Part shown: piece after piece, positions 61,626 through 64,000 of the stretch
Numbering within the stretch: the first letter of the stretch is position 1
How the letters are laid out: each line of letters starts with the position of its first letter
The notes under the pieces: generated by a model
What the model was told of the DNA's origin: nothing
What the model saw: the letters and a program-made list of their open reading frames with translations, nothing else
The model's database searches: none
Source of the DNA: Eledone cirrhosa
Taxonomy: Eukaryota
DNA: 64,000 nucleotides
NCBI GenBank assembly: GCA_964016885.1
Contig: OZ024741.1
Coordinates: 238,142,001 to 238,206,000 of the forward strand
Direction: 5' to 3'
Made by a program: the position numbers and the translations under genes

Positions 61626-64000
61626 CTGAGGAACTGGTGGAAGTCTCCTTTGTGTTGTTGAGAATTTCCACTCATCTGGTAGCTGTTCCATCTCTGGATA
61701 GAACTGACTTTTAGATTTTATCGTCTGGAGATTTCTAGCAAATATATCTTCTGCATTTCTGGTTATTGCAACAGGATTGTTGGTCTGATACAGTAATTGT
61801 CTCATCTCAGTTTGAGACAGAAAGTTTGGATTATCTGCTGTTGTAGGTGAGTTATTGGTGTGATTAATACATCTGAAAACACACAGTGTTATTGACACTA
61901 CAATAGCCACAGATATTATTACAGCTGCTGCTACAATGATAATTACCCAAGTCATATTGAGATTGTTACCAGTCTGTAAGTGGACAGCATTCAACATTGG
62001 AGATGTATCATTACTAACAAACAGTGTTAGTATGATAACAGTTGTTGCTGATTGAACTGGAGTACCACCATCTTTCACTATAAACTGTAGGTCATATGTT
62101 CCTGCATCATTTTGGTAAACTGTCCGAGAGAAAGATAAGACACCAGTGTGGGAGTTGACTGTAAACAGGTTTTTATCATTAGATCTCAGTATTCCATATG
62201 TGAGGAAAGCATTGTTTCCAGTGTCTTTGTCAGAGGCTTTCAGAATTGTGATGTCTTTCTTACTGTGTGGATGGTAGTGGACATCTAGATTGTAAGGGTC
62301 ATTAATAGGAAAGGTAAAATAGGGAGCATTATCATTTTTATCTAGAATCTCAATAACAATATTGGCAGTGTCATTCAGAGAAGGTGTTCCATTATCTTTG
62401 ACTAAAACCTGGAAATTATAGATGTCTTTTACTTCCCGATCTATTGATTGTGATGTAGAAATGAATCCATATTTTGTAAGTTGGAAAGGAATGTTATCAT
62501 TGTTGTTATCATTGATGATAGAATATGTGAGTTGACCTCCATCTTCAAGATCAGGGTCTGTAGCATTGATGAAGCCAATAGGAAAGTCAACTTTCTGGTT
62601 TTCATAGGTGAGGAATTGGAATGTATCTTTGGTAAAATGTGGCTGTACATCATTGACATCAGTTACTTTCACTGAGAAATATTTCTTAGTTTCTAGTTGA
62701 GGTGATCCCATGTCATGACATGCAATAGATACTTTATAGTGGTCCTTTATTTCTCTATCAAGATGTCCCTTAATAATCATTTTATATTCTTTAAAATCTA
62801 TTTTGACAAGTTTAAATTTATCATGTTTTAAGTCACAGCTAACCTCACCATTAGGTCCAACATCAGTGTCAGTGACCATAACATAAGCTATAAAACTATC
62901 TAGTTCACTGTCTTCTGAAACTGTTGTGGAACTTTCTGTTAAAGGTGATACAAAATCTATATTTATCAATGGAGCATTATTCTGGTTATTGATTATGTAA
63001 ATATGAACTGTAGTTACAGAACTTAACGAGGGATTTCCTTGATCTTGTACTTCAATATATAAATTGTAAGTCTGTTTCCTGCCTAAAGTAAAACTATCTT
63101 TTAAATATATTTCCCCATTTGTTTCTTTCAATAAAAAATGTTTTAGTGAATGAATGGAAGTTTTATGGTTGAAATGATAAGAAATCTTTCCGTTGTTTCC
63201 AGAATCTAAATCCGTGGCTTTTAAAGTAAGAATTGGTAAATGTCTTTGATGTGAATTTTTTATAGATATGTTGTAGACTTTCTGTGAAAATACAGGTGTG
63301 TTATCATTAACATCTGTCACATCTATGAGTACCTTGAGTGTAGCTGTTTGGGGAGGGTCCCCTCCATCTTTAGCTTCAAGTGTCAACATATATGATTTCT
63401 TTAGTTCCCTGTCTAATTTATCTTTTAGACTCAGTCCTGGAATGAGGATGCCATCATGTCGTTTTGTCATATACAAAGAAAATGGGTTTCTTTCCTGTGT
63501 CACTATTCTATATGTAATTTGTGAATTTATGGTGGTAATATCTCTATCTATGGCAAATGGAATTATCTTTCTCGTTCCTTTAAAACTGTCCTCAGCAAAT
63601 TGAACAGTGATTTTGTCAACAGAAAACTCTGGGGAATGGTCATTGATGTCTTCAATGATTATCTTGAGTTTTAACATCTTCATAAATGTTTTTCCTTTCC
63701 TCACTGCTACTTTAACAATTCTGGAACATTCCTTGTTATATGTACACAGTGACTCAGCATCTAGTGTCTGTGTAGTATATAGTTTTCCTGTGTTGGTGAC
63801 ATTGAATAAGTTAGAACCACTTGACACCGTCCTTTGTAGTTGTGTAAATGTAATGAGAGTGTGTTGTTGATGTGTAAGAGAGTGTGTTAAGTTAGAATCA
63901 ACAGCAATGTCTCCTATATAGGTGTGAGGACTGTCATTTTCATTGACATGGTATGTAATGTCAGCAGATACTATAACAGACTGTTGTAAATATAGTAAAC
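61626..64000 (-). CDS. Protocadherin G8 large exon, 5'-truncated by the window edge
   Basis: Frame stays open to the edge (..LLYLQQSVIVSADITYHVNENDSPH..); donor CAG|GTGAGT; the ORF-track start at 63827 is internal. Confidence 0.93.

Overview
AT-rich, intron-containing animal DNA. The repeat content and gene family point to a coleoid cephalopod, most likely Octopus (inference). The window is a head-to-tail tandem array of protocadherin genes on the minus strand: six complete genes (G1, G3-G7), one pseudogene (G2), one gene cut by the right edge (G8), and the promoter/leader exon of a further gene beyond the left edge. Reading the splice signals gives one four-exon plan per unit. A CCAAT/TATA-like promoter drives a ~0.25-0.3 kb leader exon, followed by a 1.8-4.9 kb intron. 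A ~2.44 kb exon then encodes the signal peptide, EC1-EC6, the TM helix and the proximal tail. A 148-nt exon follows, then a last exon with 80 coding nt ending TAG TAG, giving proteins of ~874-876 aa. Each gene has its own tail exons, so no shared constant exon is seen. Four features stand out. (1) Divergence is concentrated in EC2-EC3 and shuffled as a patchwork, while EC1, EC5-6, TM and tail are homogenised. (2) A conserved split 15-codon uORF ends in a TGA that overlaps the protocadherin ATG, and its start is lost only in the pseudogene. (3) The tail pairs a Src-type SH3 ligand (RRLPPVP) with an SH2 ligand (YEEI). (4) The EC3-EC4 calcium site is degenerate. Introns carry CR1/L2-, RTE-, R4/Dong- and CRE-like LINE relics, tRNA-derived SINEs and a piggyBac-type MITE. 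Gene models come from sequence reading only, with no transcript evidence.
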